Made by a program: the position numbers and the translations under genes. From Anaerovoracaceae bacterium (lineage in GTDB: Bacteria; Bacillota; Clostridia; Peptostreptococcales; Anaerovoracaceae), in NCBI GenBank assembly GCA_051883095.1, contig JBJETB010000094.1, positions 25,111 through 89,110 of the forward strand: a stretch of 64,000 nt of DNA. The letters run 5' to 3'. The notes under the pieces are model-generated. The model did not search any database and was not told the DNA's origin. It saw nothing but the letters and a program-made list of their open reading frames with translations. Positions 8,231-18,397 of the stretch are shown here, piece by piece (the first letter of the stretch is position 1; every line of letters starts with the position of its first letter).

Positions 8231-10888
8231 ATGAGTGAAAGAATTGTTATTATAGACGGTAACAGCTTGATTAACAGAGCCTACTATGCTATGCAGAGGC
8301 CCATGATTACCAGAGAAGGAATATATACTCAGGGGATTTACGGTTTTCTCAATATGCTTAACAAGATCAGGGAAGACTACTCTCCGGAGTATCTGACCGT
8401 GGCGTTTGACCTTAAAGCACCGACTTTCAGACATCTGGAATACAAGGATTACAAAGCAGGCAGGAAACCTATGCCTCCTGAACTTGCCATGCAGATGCCC
8501 ATTCTTAAGGACATACTGGGTGCCATGAACATACCTATCCTCCAGCTTGAAGGTTTCGAGGCAGACGATATTATTGGAACAGTGGCGAGGCTGGGTGAGG
8601 AAAAAGGCCTTGAACCTCTTATAGTCACAGGTGACAAGGACGCTCTTCAGCTGGCTACTGACAAGACGAAGGTTCTGATTACCAAAAAAGGCGTGACTGA
8701 CTTTGAACTCTTTGACCATGATAAAATGCTCGAAAGATATAACCTGACACCGGCTCAGTTTATAGACCTTAAAGGTCTTATGGGAGATTCATCGGACAAT
8801 ATTCCGGGCATACCGGGAGTTGGTGAAAAAACAGGTATAAAACTGCTTGAGCAGTTTGGATCCATAGAGAACATGCTGGCAAATACTGAACAGATTACAC
8901 GTGAAAGCCTCAGAATAAAAGTTGAGGAGAACGCTCAGCTTGCTGTAATGAGCAAGCAGCTGGCCACCATAAACAGATTCGTACCTATAGAATTCGATTT
9001 TGAAAGTTTAAGAGAGGAAGAGCCTGATTACGACAAGCTCATAGAACTGTATCAGAAGCTGGAATTTAACAGTTTTCTGAAAAAAATGAAAATGCCTGAT
9101 GCCGTAGAATCTCAGAATGACATTCCTGACGCGAAAAATGCTGTAAAGAAAGTCATCAGAGACTCTGGCCGGCTGTCTGAGCTTGGGCAGTTTTCCGGCA
9201 AAGAAGTATTCATTAAAGTTTTCGGTGATTACAGCCATGTGAGAAAACCTGAGATTCAGGGTATCTTCCTTATGAGCGATCAAAATGCGTTCCTGGTGGA
9301 CTGCAGCAGGATTAATCCGGAAGAGGCGGCAGCATTTCTGAATGACCTTGAACTTTCTTTTGTCGGTCATGATATTAAAGACGATATTTTCACGCTGATG
9401 TGCTCAGGTCTCAAACGCTTTAAAATATCCTACGATACGGCCATTGCCGAATATGTACTGGACGTTTCAAGAAATAAATATGATTTAAAAACTCTGGCAC
9501 TGGAGAAACTTCACAAGGCACTGCCGGATGAGGAAGAATTCTTTTCAGAAAACAGCCAGATGGATATGTTCGCAGACAACAGTGATACATTGACAGATTA
9601 CGGTGTTTTGCTGTCCGGAATAACGGCAGGAGTCAGAGCTTGTCAGGAACCTGAAATAAATGGAAAAGGTCTTTCTAAGGTTCTGTACGATGTTGAGCTG
9701 CCGCTGATTGAGGTTCTTGCCTCCATGGAGGTAAATGGAGTCAGGGCTGACAGTGATTTCATAGATGATTTCGGCGTACAGCTGACAGAAAAAATTCAGT
9801 TACTGGAACTTAAGATTTATGATCTGGCAGGAACAAGCTTCAATATAAATTCTCCTGTACAGCTGGGAGAAATATTATTTGAAAAGCTTCAGCTCCCATC
9901 GGGCAAAAAAACAAAACGCGGATACAGCACCAGCGCTGATATTCTTGAAAAAATAAAGGATAAGCATCCAATTGTTCCCGCTGTTCTTGAATACAGAAAT
10001 CTTACGAAGCTGAATTCAACCTATGTAGAAGGACTGAAACCTCTGATTGCTCAGGATGGAAGGATTCATGCCCACTTCCAGCAGACAGTCACAGCCACAG
10101 GCAGAATAAGCTGCACTGAACCAAACCTGCAGAATATTCCTATCAGACAGGAACTTGGAAGAAAACTCAGAAGTGCCTTTGAAGCAGAGGAAGGTTATAC
10201 TCTTGTAGGCGCAGATTATTCGCAGATAGAATTAAGAGTTCTGGCACATCTTTCTCAGGACGAAAACCTCATTGAAGCTTTCAACAACGGAGAAGACATC
10301 CACAGGATGACTGCATCAAGAGTACTGGGAATACCTGCAGAACAGATAACCGCAGCGGACAGAAGCAAGGCAAAAGCGGTAAACTTCGGTGTCATTTACG
10401 GTATGAGCGGATTCGGTCTAAGCGAGGAACTTAACATAACCCGCAAAGAGGCTGAGGAATATATAAGCGAGTATTTCAAAAAGCATGAAAAAGTAAAAGC
10501 ATACATGGACAGCCAGATAGCACGGGCCAGGGCCACTGGATACTCTGAGACCATATTGGGACGAAAGCGCGCCATTCATGAAATAAGTGCCTCTGCTTAT
10601 ATGGTTCGTCAGCTGGGTGAGAGGCTGGCAATGAACAGTCCTATTCAGGGAAGTGCTGCAGATATAATAAAACTTGCCATGCTTAAGGTTTATAAGGAGC
10701 TTAAGGAAAAACATCCTGAATCAAGGCTGATTCTGCAGGTTCATGATGAACTGATCATTGAAACTCCGGACAGTGAGACTGAAACCATAAAGGAACTGCT
10801 TGTGAGGAATATGGAAAATGCAATGAGCCTTTCCGTAAAGCTTGCAGCGGAAGTTAATACAGGACACACATGGTATGACCTTAAATAA
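8231..10888 (+). CDS. polA: DNA polymerase I
   Basis: 885 aa. Has an N-terminal 5'-nuclease domain and the polymerase motifs DYSQIELRVLAH and QVHDELI. Confidence 0.95.
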   Translation: MSERIVIIDGNSLINRAYYAMQRPMITREGIYTQGIYGFLNMLNKIREDYSPEYLTVAFDLKAPTFRHLEYKDYKAGRKPMPPELAMQMPILKDILGAMNIPILQLEGFEADDIIGTVARLGEEKGLEPLIVTGDKDALQLATDKTKVLITKKGVTDFELFDHDKMLERYNLTPAQFIDLKGLMGDSSDNIPGIPGVGEKTGIKLLEQFGSIENMLANTEQITRESLRIKVEENAQLAVMSKQLATINRFVPIEFDFESLREEEPDYDKLIELYQKLEFNSFLKKMKMPDAVESQNDIPDAKNAVKKVIRDSGRLSELGQFSGKEVFIKVFGDYSHVRKPEIQGIFLMSDQNAFLVDCSRINPEEAAAFLNDLELSFVGHDIKDDIFTLMCSGLKRFKISYDTAIAEYVLDVSRNKYDLKTLALEKLHKALPDEEEFFSENSQMDMFADNSDTLTDYGVLLSGITAGVRACQEPEINGKGLSKVLYDVELPLIEVLASMEVNGVRADSDFIDDFGVQLTEKIQLLELKIYDLAGTSFNINSPVQLGEILFEKLQLPSGKKTKRGYSTSADILEKIKDKHPIVPAVLEYRNLTKLNSTYVEGLKPLIAQDGRIHAHFQQTVTATGRISCTEPNLQNIPIRQELGRKLRSAFEAEEGYTLVGADYSQIELRVLAHLSQDENLIEAFNNGEDIHRMTASRVLGIPAEQITAADRSKAKAVNFGVIYGMSGFGLSEELNITRKEAEEYISEYFKKHEKVKAYMDSQIARARATGYSETILGRKRAIHEISASAYMVRQLGERLAMNSPIQGSAADIIKLAMLKVYKELKEKHPESRLILQVHDELIIETPDSETETIKELLVRNMENAMSLSVKLAAEVNTGHTWYDLK

Positions 10889-10909
10889 TTGCGGATAAGG
10901 GGCCTGAAA

Positions 10910-11515
10910 ATGAAAGTAATCGGACTTACGGGCGGAACAGGATCTGGTAAATCCACAGTCGCCACGTATTTAGAAAATAAAGGATGCGTTATTATCGATG
11001 CGGATGAAATTTCTCGTGAACTTACAAAGCCGGGCGGAGAAGCCCTTGAACCTATACGCAGAAGGTTTGGTGATGAAGTTTTTTTCGAAGACGGCACCCT
11101 GGACAGAAAAAAGCTTGGAACAATAGTTTTCAATGATAATGTAAAACTCAGAAGCCTGGAAGAAATCACTACTGATATAGTAGTCAGGAAAGTTCTGGAA
11201 AAGGTTGATCATCTTAAGAATCAGGGGTTTGACGGTATTGTGATTCTTGACGCTCCGCTTCTGTTTGAATGCGGAATGAAGGACTTCACCGATGAAAACT
11301 GGCTTGTGACATGTGATCTGGAGAACAGAATACAAAGACTGATAGATAGAGATGGTATCAGCCGTCAGAATATTTTGGACAGAATAGCAAACCAGCTTAG
11401 CGATGAGCAGAAACGAATGATGGCGGATCGTGTAATAGAAAATTCCGGCAGTCTGTCGGAACTGTACAGTCGCATTGACAGATTTATCGAAAGGGCAGAA
11501 GATGAAGAAGATTGA
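10910..11515 (+). CDS. coaE: Dephospho-CoA kinase
   Basis: MKVIGLTGGTGSGKST P-loop at the N-terminus. The ATG at 10910 is preferred over the track TTG at 10889. Confidence 0.9.
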   Translation: MKVIGLTGGTGSGKSTVATYLENKGCVIIDADEISRELTKPGGEALEPIRRRFGDEVFFEDGTLDRKKLGTIVFNDNVKLRSLEEITTDIVVRKVLEKVDHLKNQGFDGIVILDAPLLFECGMKDFTDENWLVTCDLENRIQRLIDRDGISRQNILDRIANQLSDEQKRMMADRVIENSGSLSELYSRIDRFIERAEDEED

Positions 11516-13145
11516 AGGCGGCAGAGCGGCACATATTTTAAAAAAATATTGGGCATGGATATTTGCACTGGTTCTTGTAATTGCAGTTGCATTATCCAGT
11601 GTGGAAATTTACAAAGAAGAGGTTCTCAATATTGACCCGGATATAGAATATGAAGAACAGAAGACACTCTATCTATCTTCAGAGGAAATAGATACTCTAA
11701 ACCCTGTAATTTCACAGAGCGAGGATGTGTACTGCCTTTCCAAGCTGATTTACAGCAGTTTGTTTACCTTTGATGAAAATTTAAGTATAATTCCTGATCT
11801 GGCATCTGAATATAGCATTAATACAGACAGAGCATATATCGAAATTACCCTCAGGAAAGGCGTCAAATGGCATGATGGTAAAACATTCAAGGCTGCAGAT
11901 GTGGTATTTACTATAAATACTATGAGAGCGGCAGGAACATCGTGTCCATATTACGATAAGATTAAAAAAATCAACTCAGTATATGCCAAAAGCAGCAGTG
12001 TAGTTGTGATTTATTTCAATAACAATTACAACTGCTCCCTTGATGATCTTACATTCCCCATTGTACCTTCATCGCAGTATAGCAGTGCAGGGACATTTGC
12101 TGCTGCCAGGGACGGATTTAGACCAGTCGGTACAGGACAGTACGAATATAAATCCTACAGCAAAAAGAAACAGCTCAGGCTTGTACCAAACGAGAATTAT
12201 TACGATATAAAGGCGGAAAAAAATATAACCGTTACGCTTTTGCCTGAGCGCAGCCTGGCCTCTAACATGATGGAAATAAACAGTGTAAGCTGTTATGTTG
12301 ATTCCTCTTCAAACCGCAAGTCTATAGCGGTTGACCGAGGATACAAAATATATGATATTCCGTCTTCAAATGTTGAATTTGTCGTATTCAATACTGAAAG
12401 CAGGTACCTTAACAGTAAAGAAATGAGACATGCTGTTGCATATGCTGTGGATACAGAGTCGATTCTTGAAAAAGCATACATGGGTGACGGTATTCTCACC
12501 GATACAATTTATTACCCTAATTTTCTTGGGATAAAAGATACCCTTGAAGATTATAGCCATGATGTTTCAAAAGCTGAAGAGATACTCTCAAGGCTTGGCT
12601 TCACAGATAGAAACAGCGATGGATTTAAGGAAGACAATCGTGGTGATAGTTTTTCACTGAGAATTCTCGTAAATAAAAGCAATGCAACCAGAAATGCTGC
12701 AGCCGTACTTATAAAAAAGAACCTCGATACTGCAGGCATTGATTCTGAAATTATATCACTTCCGAAATCGGAGTATTTAAAGGCAATAAAAAACAAAGAA
12801 TTTGATATTCTTATCACAGGATACACAATAGAAGAAAGCTACGATTTGAGAAGTTTATTTAATGGAAAGAGCGAATGGGGATATTATAACTACGATCTTT
12901 TTATGAAGGCCAGAGAGCTGGAACGTCTGTATACTCCGCAGGAGTACAGTGAAAAATATTCTCAGCTTAAGGAGGCGATGCTTGATCAGCTGCCATATAT
13001 GCCACTTTGCTACAAGAAGATGAGTCTTATAGGCATAGGCACATTTGAAGCAGAGTCGCTGCCTATGTTTAATAATATATACAAGAATTGCAGCACATGG
13101 ACGTGGAGCATCATTAAAGAAAAAAATAATGGTGACAAAGAGTAA
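11502..13145 (+). CDS. Family-5 (peptide/nickel type) ABC-transporter substrate-binding protein, membrane-anchored, no cognate permease genes adjacent
   Basis: The ATG at 11502 overlaps the coaE stop by 14 nt. An N-terminal TM segment (WAWIFALVLVIAVAL) has no lipobox Cys. Length of about 547 aa and overall sequence character fit SBP_bac_5. Confidence 0.7.
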   Translation: MKKIEGGRAAHILKKYWAWIFALVLVIAVALSSVEIYKEEVLNIDPDIEYEEQKTLYLSSEEIDTLNPVISQSEDVYCLSKLIYSSLFTFDENLSIIPDLASEYSINTDRAYIEITLRKGVKWHDGKTFKAADVVFTINTMRAAGTSCPYYDKIKKINSVYAKSSSVVVIYFNNNYNCSLDDLTFPIVPSSQYSSAGTFAAARDGFRPVGTGQYEYKSYSKKKQLRLVPNENYYDIKAEKNITVTLLPERSLASNMMEINSVSCYVDSSSNRKSIAVDRGYKIYDIPSSNVEFVVFNTESRYLNSKEMRHAVAYAVDTESILEKAYMGDGILTDTIYYPNFLGIKDTLEDYSHDVSKAEEILSRLGFTDRNSDGFKEDNRGDSFSLRILVNKSNATRNAAAVLIKKNLDTAGIDSEIISLPKSEYLKAIKNKEFDILITGYTIEESYDLRSLFNGKSEWGYYNYDLFMKARELERLYTPQEYSEKYSQLKEAMLDQLPYMPLCYKKMSLIGIGTFEAESLPMFNNIYKNCSTWTWSIIKEKNNGDKE

Positions 13146-13152
13146 AAATCCA

Positions 13153-13181
13153 TTGAAAAACCAATTCTATTATGCTATTAT
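13153..13181 (+). promoter_or_regulatory. Sigma-A type promoter upstream of tRNA-Leu/yajC
   Basis: TTGAAA (13153-13158), a 17-nt spacer, TATTAT (13176-13181). Confidence 0.5.
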
Positions 13182-13205
13182 GGTAATGTTATATGTGACA
13201 TTTAT

Positions 13206-13292
13206 GCCGGCGTGATGGAATTGGCAGACGTGCGGGACTCAAAATCCCGTGGTGGCGACACCGTATGGGTTCGACCCCCATCGCCGGCACCA
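13206..13292 (+). tRNA. tRNA-Leu (anticodon CAA), CCA encoded
   Basis: Acceptor stem GCCGGCG / CGCCGGC. Anticodon stem CGGGA / TCCCG with loop CTCAAAA (U33-CAA-A37). Long variable arm, T-loop GGTTCGA, 3' ACCA. Confidence 0.9.
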
Positions 13293-13333
13293 TTTGATAA
13301 TGAATCAAATCACACTTGAGAGGAGACAAAAAT

Positions 13334-13753
13334 ATGCAAGCATTAATTCAACTGAGTCCTTTAATTATTCTAATCGTGATTATGTATTTCTTCATGATCA
13401 GACCTCAGAAGAAAAAGGATAAACAGATTCAGGAAATGAGGAAGAGCCTGCAGGTTGGTGATGAAATCGTTACAATCGGCGGTATCTGTGGTAAGATTGT
13501 AAAGACTAAAGAAGATTCTTTCATAATCCAGGTTGGAGCAGACAAGGTTAAGTTTGAAATGATGAGATGGGCAGTTTCATCTGTCACTAAGGCTTCCCCT
13601 AGACGTGATGTTGTTGACGATGTAAAGGAAGAGGAACCTAAGAAGATTATGCCAAAGAGACTTAGAAAGTCATCGGAGGTTGAAGAAGCAGAAGCTCAGG
13701 AGGTAAAAGAAGCTCCTGCAGCAGAAAACCCTGAAACACCTGTAGAAGAGTAA
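13334..13753 (+). CDS. yajC: Preprotein translocase subunit YajC with an acidic C-terminal extension
   Basis: The ATG at 13334 follows GAGAGGAG. Has a single TM segment plus the MYFFMIRPQKKK motif. The C-terminal ~45 aa are rich in E, K and P. Confidence 0.85.
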   Translation: MQALIQLSPLIILIVIMYFFMIRPQKKKDKQIQEMRKSLQVGDEIVTIGGICGKIVKTKEDSFIIQVGADKVKFEMMRWAVSSVTKASPRRDVVDDVKEEEPKKIMPKRLRKSSEVEEAEAQEVKEAPAAENPETPVEE

Positions 13754-13765
13754 TGAATATTATAC

Positions 13766-13799
13766 GGCCCTTGGAGCATTTAGCATCCGGGGCTTTTTT
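13766..13799 (+). terminator. Probable Rho-independent terminator after yajC
   Basis: Imperfect GC-rich hairpin GCCCTTGGAGC...GCATCCGGGGC followed by TTTTTT (13794-13799). Confidence 0.5.
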
Positions 13800-13958
13800 C
13801 TTTATTCAAAATGACTCAATCCTAAAAAATCCTTTAAAAAATGTTGAAAAATAAAGGATTTCTCTTGTATAAGAACCCAAAAAGTAGTACAATGAAATGT
13901 AAAATAAAATGCCGAATTATGTGCATTATTAGAATTTTTAATGAGAGGTTTTAGAAAG

Positions 13959-16163
13959 ATGAATGTAAATGTTAAACGTGGACTGGCCGTTCTGGTAATC
14001 ATTGCACTGGTATTCGGCTGGTTTGTTACACTCTTCGGTATCGGTGGAGTGGATTCAGTTAAAGACGCACTTAAGTACGGTCTGGATATCAACGGCGGTG
14101 TCTATGTCGTAATGGAAGCTCAGACCGATGCAACTGGAGAAGAACTTGCTGAGCTTATGGATCAGACCAGAGCTGTCCTGGACAACCGTGTTAATCAGAT
14201 GGGTGTAGCTGAATCATCCGTAACAATCGAAGGTGATAAGAGACTTAGAGTAGAGATTCCGGGCGTAGAAAATGCTGATGAAGCTATCGACGCTATAGGC
14301 AGAACCGCCAAACTCAGCTTTATTCTTGCTGATGGAACTATCGTAGTAGATGGAAGCAATGTAAAGGATGCACAGATTGCTACAGACGGAAGCTACTATA
14401 AAATACTTCTTGAATTCGACAGCGAAGGCGCAGGCCTTTTTGAGGAAGGCACCAGAAAAGCTTTCAACGGAGAGGTCACTTCCACTATAGAAGGAATTTC
14501 CAGTAATCAGATTGCTATAGTTTTAGATAACGAGGTTATTACGCACCCTAATGTTCAGAGTGTAATAAGCGGAGGCAATTGCGAAATCTCAGGTCATTAT
14601 TCCAAGGAAGAGGCATCAACAACTGCTGCTCTGATACGCGGCGGAGCGCTTCCTGTAGAACTGGTTGAAATCCAGTCTTCAGTACAGACTGCTACTATTG
14701 GCGCTGACGCTCTTGACAAGTCAATTGTTGCAGGCGCAATCGGTCTTGGTATCGTATTTGTACTTATGCTTGTGTTCTACGGAATGCTTGGCCTGATAGC
14801 AGATATAGCACTCCTTCTCTATGTAGTAATGTTCCTGTGGTCAATGGTTGGAATGGGAGTAGTTCTCACATTACCTGGAATAGCTGCACTTATACTTTCA
14901 ATAGGTATGGCAGTTGACGCAAACGTAATTATATTTGCAAGAATAAAGGAAGAAATCGCTGCAGGCAAGTCCATAAGAGTTGCTGTTGATGCCGGATTTA
15001 AAAACGCTCTTACAACAGTCCTCGATGCACAGATAACAACACTTATTGCTGCTGTAGTTCTGTTTGAGGTAGGTACTACATCGGTTAAGGGATTTGCTCT
15101 TACGCTGATGATCGGTATCGTATTCAGTATTTTTACAGCAGTAGTAGTAACACAGCTGTTTATTTCACTTCTTGCTTCAAGCAAAAAGTTTGCTAAAAAT
15201 AAATATTTCGGTGTGAACGAAGACGGTTCACCTAAACAGCTGCTTAATAAGACTTTCTCATTTATCAAACATAGAAAAGTTTACTACATTGTCAGCGTAT
15301 CCATAATCGTTATCGGTCTCGTATTCATGATGATCGGCGGCATGAACTACGGTATTGACTTCACAGGCGGTACCAACATTCAGGTTGAGATGGGCAAGCA
15401 GGTTGACATCGGCGAAGTAGAAGATACACTGAAAGATTATGACCTTGACCCGACAATAATTTATGCAGGTGAAGGCAATACTCAGATAGTGATAAAGACA
15501 ATCAAGTCACTTGAAAACGCAGAAAGATCCGAGATAATAGAAACACTTGGAGCAAAATACGGTGTTACACAGGATGATGTACTTGCATCTGAACAGTTCG
15601 GTCCTTCCGTAGGTGATGAACTTAAAGCCAATGCTGTAAAGGCAGTTCTCATTGCTTCCATCGGTATGCTCATATATATCATTTTCAGATTCAAATCATG
15701 GAAATACGGACTTTCAGCAGTTATAGGCGTTGCTCATGACGTGCTAATGGTAATTGCTTTTTACGCAATATTCGGATTTACCGTAAACAATCCGTTCATT
15801 GCCGCAATTCTTACACTTGTGGGATATTCCATCAACGATACAATTGTAATATTTGACAGAATCAGAGAAAACAAGCGTATTTATAACAAGGATAACAACG
15901 AGACTAACATTGACCGCAGCCTTAACCAGACACTTAACAGAACCATCATGACATCTTTGACTACTCTGGTTGTTATGGTTCCACTGTGCATTATGGTTTC
16001 AGCTTCAATAAGAGAATTCATCATTCCGCTTATGGTAGGTGTAATAGTAGGATGTCTGTCATCAATATTCGTATGCAGCCCGCTGTACTACGACCTTTGC
16101 AGAAATGAAGAGACAACCAAATATATGAGAGCGACAGCAAAGACTAAAAAAGCGAAGAAATAA
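13959..16163 (+). CDS. secDF: Protein translocase subunit SecDF (fused SecD-SecF)
   Basis: About 734 aa with two 6-TM blocks and a large periplasmic-type domain. The second ATG (13959) is better spaced from GAGAGG than the ATG at 13941. Confidence 0.9.
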   Translation: MNVNVKRGLAVLVIIALVFGWFVTLFGIGGVDSVKDALKYGLDINGGVYVVMEAQTDATGEELAELMDQTRAVLDNRVNQMGVAESSVTIEGDKRLRVEIPGVENADEAIDAIGRTAKLSFILADGTIVVDGSNVKDAQIATDGSYYKILLEFDSEGAGLFEEGTRKAFNGEVTSTIEGISSNQIAIVLDNEVITHPNVQSVISGGNCEISGHYSKEEASTTAALIRGGALPVELVEIQSSVQTATIGADALDKSIVAGAIGLGIVFVLMLVFYGMLGLIADIALLLYVVMFLWSMVGMGVVLTLPGIAALILSIGMAVDANVIIFARIKEEIAAGKSIRVAVDAGFKNALTTVLDAQITTLIAAVVLFEVGTTSVKGFALTLMIGIVFSIFTAVVVTQLFISLLASSKKFAKNKYFGVNEDGSPKQLLNKTFSFIKHRKVYYIVSVSIIVIGLVFMMIGGMNYGIDFTGGTNIQVEMGKQVDIGEVEDTLKDYDLDPTIIYAGEGNTQIVIKTIKSLENAERSEIIETLGAKYGVTQDDVLASEQFGPSVGDELKANAVKAVLIASIGMLIYIIFRFKSWKYGLSAVIGVAHDVLMVIAFYAIFGFTVNNPFIAAILTLVGYSINDTIVIFDRIRENKRIYNKDNNETNIDRSLNQTLNRTIMTSLTTLVVMVPLCIMVSASIREFIIPLMVGVIVGCLSSIFVCSPLYYDLCRNEETTKYMRATAKTKKAKK

Positions 16164-16183
16164 CACTACAGGAGTTACAGCTA

Positions 16184-18385
16184 ATGGTTACAAAAGCCGA
16201 ATTTTTAGAAAAAATACTGAGCATAAATTCTAAATATAACACCGAACTGATTGGAAAAGCGTTCGACACGGCACAGCGACTCCATGAAGGGCAGCTGCGC
16301 AAAAGCGGAGAACCATATTTCATTCATCCTATAAATGTAGCATATATTCTGGCTGAAATGGGAATGGATGACGCTACAATCGTCGGCGGGCTTTTGCATG
16401 ACGTCGTAGAGGATACAGATTATACCAGAGAACAGCTGGTTGAAGACTTTAACGAAGAAATAGCTCTTCTTGTAGATGGCGTAACCAAACTGGGTACTAT
16501 AAAGTTTGAATCCAAGGAAGAAATACAGGCTGAAAATTTCAGGAAAATGTTCCTGGCTATGTCAAAGGATATACGAGTACTGATAATAAAGCTGGCAGAC
16601 AGGCTGCATAACATGCGCACAATGGGTTTCATGAAGCCTGAGAAAATCGTTGAAAAATGCAATGAGACCCTCGACATTTATGCACCTCTTGCCAGCAGAC
16701 TTGGTATTTTCAAGGTTAAATTCGAGCTTGAAGATTTGGCGCTTAAATACCTTCATCCTGAAGAATTCCAGGATCTAAAACAGAAAGTAAATAAGCGAAA
16801 AGAAGAACGTGAGGAAACTATCAATAATGTGATAGGAGAAATTAAGGACGCCCTGGACGACATGAATCTACACTATGATATTTATGGACGGGCGAAGCAT
16901 TACTACAGCATATACAAAAAAATGAAGCTTCAGAACAAACAGATCGATGAGATATTTGACCTGATTGCTGTTAGAATAATTGTTGATAATGTTAAAGACT
17001 GCTATGCGGTTCTGGGTATAGTACACACCATGTGGAAGCCGATTCCCGGCAGATTCAAGGACTATATAGCTATGCCGAAGCCTAACATGTATCAGTCTCT
17101 GCATACCACTGTAATCGGAGATAACGGTGAACCATTTGAAATCCAGATCAGGACATATGAGATGCACCAGGTGGCTGAATATGGTATCGCAGCCCACTGG
17201 AAATATAAAGAGGGCGATACATCAGGCAAATCATCAAATGATGATATCAAACTTGCATGGCTTCGCCAGTCCCTTGAGTGGCAGCAGGACATCAATGACC
17301 CTAAGGACTTTCTTGAAACAATGAAGATGGACCTTTTTGCAAGTCAGGTATTCGTATTTACGCCTAAAGGTGATGTAATTGAACTTCCTGCCGGGTCCAC
17401 ACCGCTGGATTTCGCTTTTAAAATTCACTCCGCTATCGGTTGCAAGTGTGTAGGGGCAAAGGTAAACGGTAAAATGGTTACCATTGACTATACTCTCCAG
17501 AACGGAGACATCGTTGAGATTGTAACTTCTGCAAATTCAGCAGGTCCGAGTGTAGACTGGCTGAAGATTGCAAAGAGTTCCAACGCAAGAAATAAAATAA
17601 GAGGATGGCTTAAAAAAGAAAACAAGTCTGACAATATTGAGAAGGGTAAAGATTTAATCGACAAGTACATCAGAAAAAAAGGCATGGATCCTTCTCTTTG
17701 TGCAAAATCAGCTTTCCTGAACAGAGCTTTTAAGGCCATGAACTTTTCCAGCGCAGATGAAGCGTATCAGCAGCTTTCAAATGGAGGAACTCTGGTCAGC
17801 AAGTTCTGCAATCTTCTTTTTGGATACTATGCTGAAGAAGCAAAGCTGGAGGTTAAGACCAACGAGGAAGTAATTGATGAAATCAAGGCGGCAGAAGCCA
17901 GAAAGACAAAGCTTCAGCGGCGAAACCAGGATAGTCCGGGTATAATAGTTAAAGGTGCAGATAATCTGATGATCAAACTGGCCAAGTGCTGTAATCCGGT
18001 GCCGGGAGATCAGATTGTAGGATTTATTACAAAAGGCAGGGGAATTTCTGTACACAGATGTGACTGCTCTAATATAACATCACTGCCTGAAAGCGAAAAA
18101 GCTCGTTTCATTGATGTGGAATGGGAGGATCTGAAGGTAGGTAAATCATACAATACAGATATATGTATCATAGGAAATGACAGAAAGGGAATGCTTTCCG
18201 ATATATCCAGAGTATGTGAAGACATGGACATTCATCTTTCGGGAGTTAATGCTAAGAGCGGTAAAGACGGAAGTCTTACTATGACAATAACTCTTTCTAT
18301 TTCTTCCACTCAGGAAATGCAGAAGGTTCTCAGAAATCTGAGAAATATTGAAGGCGTCCTTCACGTTTACAGAGCAAAATCATAA
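16184..18385 (+). CDS. relA: Bifunctional (p)ppGpp synthetase/hydrolase, RelA/SpoT (Rsh) family
   Basis: 733 aa. Has the HD hydrolase motif HDVVEDT, a synthetase domain, and TGS and ACT-like C-terminal domains. Confidence 0.95.
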   Translation: MVTKAEFLEKILSINSKYNTELIGKAFDTAQRLHEGQLRKSGEPYFIHPINVAYILAEMGMDDATIVGGLLHDVVEDTDYTREQLVEDFNEEIALLVDGVTKLGTIKFESKEEIQAENFRKMFLAMSKDIRVLIIKLADRLHNMRTMGFMKPEKIVEKCNETLDIYAPLASRLGIFKVKFELEDLALKYLHPEEFQDLKQKVNKRKEEREETINNVIGEIKDALDDMNLHYDIYGRAKHYYSIYKKMKLQNKQIDEIFDLIAVRIIVDNVKDCYAVLGIVHTMWKPIPGRFKDYIAMPKPNMYQSLHTTVIGDNGEPFEIQIRTYEMHQVAEYGIAAHWKYKEGDTSGKSSNDDIKLAWLRQSLEWQQDINDPKDFLETMKMDLFASQVFVFTPKGDVIELPAGSTPLDFAFKIHSAIGCKCVGAKVNGKMVTIDYTLQNGDIVEIVTSANSAGPSVDWLKIAKSSNARNKIRGWLKKENKSDNIEKGKDLIDKYIRKKGMDPSLCAKSAFLNRAFKAMNFSSADEAYQQLSNGGTLVSKFCNLLFGYYAEEAKLEVKTNEEVIDEIKAAEARKTKLQRRNQDSPGIIVKGADNLMIKLAKCCNPVPGDQIVGFITKGRGISVHRCDCSNITSLPESEKARFIDVEWEDLKVGKSYNTDICIIGNDRKGMLSDISRVCEDMDIHLSGVNAKSGKDGSLTMTITLSISSTQEMQKVLRNLRNIEGVLHVYRAKS

Positions 18386-18397
18386 AAGAGGATATAT

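Noticed and set aside
8126-8719. Long antisense ORFs. This one is 197 aa. Similar ones lie at 25256-25891, 26303-26944, 32393-33139, 37924-38610, 43489-44076 and 2977-3468.
   Set aside because: All lie entirely inside well-supported plus-strand genes (polA, leuS, U32, the Stn-like subunit, the surface protein, the activase fusion). They have no RBS and have compositionally odd translations. These are typical shadow ORFs.
13206-13292. tRNA-Leu as an integration hotspot for a mobile element.
   Set aside because: No integrase, no repeated copy of the tRNA 3' end and no foreign-looking genes follow it. The downstream genes are the conserved yajC-secDF-relA block.
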